Shown here: piece by piece, positions 63,671-64,000 of the stretch | Layout: each line of letters opens with the position of its first letter | Numbering within the stretch: position 1 is the first letter of the stretch | Source: an uncultured delta proteobacterium | GTDB taxonomy: Bacteria; Desulfobacterota; Binatia; Binatales; Binataceae | Length of the DNA stretch: 64,000 nucleotides | Assembly (NCBI GenBank): GCA_963724765.1 | Contig: CAVRVY010000004.1 | Coordinates: 1,632,001-1,696,000, forward strand | Direction of reading: 5' to 3' | Notes under the pieces: model-generated | Told to the model about the DNA's origin: nothing | What the model saw: only the letters and a program-made list of their open reading frames with translations | Databases searched by the model: none | Program-made: the position numbers and the translations under genes

Positions 63671-64000
63671 ATGCTCATCACCCATAACGGTAAGCTAAGA
63701 GGGATTTTCACCGAGCACGACGTACTGATGAAGATCGTGGACACGGGGATCAATCTCGCGCGTACGGCAGTTAGCTCTTACATGACGCCCGATCCAGTTA
63801 CACTGCCGGTCGACGCAGGGGTCGCGTACGCGCTGAACAAGATGGTCGTGGATGGCTTACACCGCCTCCCGCTGATCGATTCAGAGGGCGATCCGGTAGG
63901 GGTGGTGTCGATGCGCAATATCATTGGATATTTGTCCGGCTTCTTTCCAAAGGATGTGCTCAATCTGCCCCCTGATCCGACGAAAATTTTTCGCCGGCGC
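63671..64000 (+). CDS. CBS domain protein (runs off window; N-terminus appears short)
   Basis: GKLRGIFTEHDVLMKI...YMTPDPVTL...HRLPLID...GVVSMRNII. Confidence 0.8.
   Translation, partial: MLITHNGKLRGIFTEHDVLMKIVDTGINLARTAVSSYMTPDPVTLPVDAGVAYALNKMVVDGLHRLPLIDSEGDPVGVVSMRNIIGYLSGFFPKDVLNLPPDPTKIFRRR

Noticed and set aside
1-64000. CRISPR array, cas genes, rRNA or complete tRNA
   Set aside because: No repeat-spacer array or full cloverleaf was seen. The TGTCAACC units are too short and too closely spaced, and 29358-29391 is only a partial tRNA-like remnant.

Overview
GC-rich bacterial DNA. The gene repertoire (two DUF1329 paralogues, an LLM oxidoreductase, an amidohydrolase, an F420-dependent DDN reductase) resembles soil Binatota/Desulfobacterota-type genomes; this is inference. 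From left to right the window holds: (1) redox/sulfur genes (AhpD-like, GlcG, GlcF/GlcD-like pair, rhodanese, MBL hydrolase, TetR, DUF1329); (2) a metal cluster with four SAM methyltransferases, a CDF, a YkoF-like gene and a ZnuBC-like ABC pair without a binding protein; (3) a P3A-type H+-ATPase beside a sulfane-sulfur/sulfite oxidation cluster (YeiH, ArsR, PDO-rhodanese, YeeE/YedE pair, SorAB-like); (4) a TIR-domain gene; (5) a ~7.6 kb phage-related element with a tRNA-Ser-like att remnant, serine recombinase, terminase small and large subunits and a ParB-DNA methyltransferase, but no capsid, portal or tail genes; (6) an IS1595 with perfect 25-bp TIRs, passenger ORFs and a candidate sRNA, inserted in a PD-(D/E)xK-like gene; (7) IS481/IS3-type remnants; (8) a stress/dormancy cluster (CBS, USP, HPF-CSD, GlgP, CapA, DksA-like) with sigma-54-like promoters. 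Many single-base homopolymer frameshifts and several abrupt gene-fragment junctions suggest long-read consensus errors and possibly chimeric assembly, so pseudogene calls are provisional. All family assignments come from motif recognition by eye; no database search was run.
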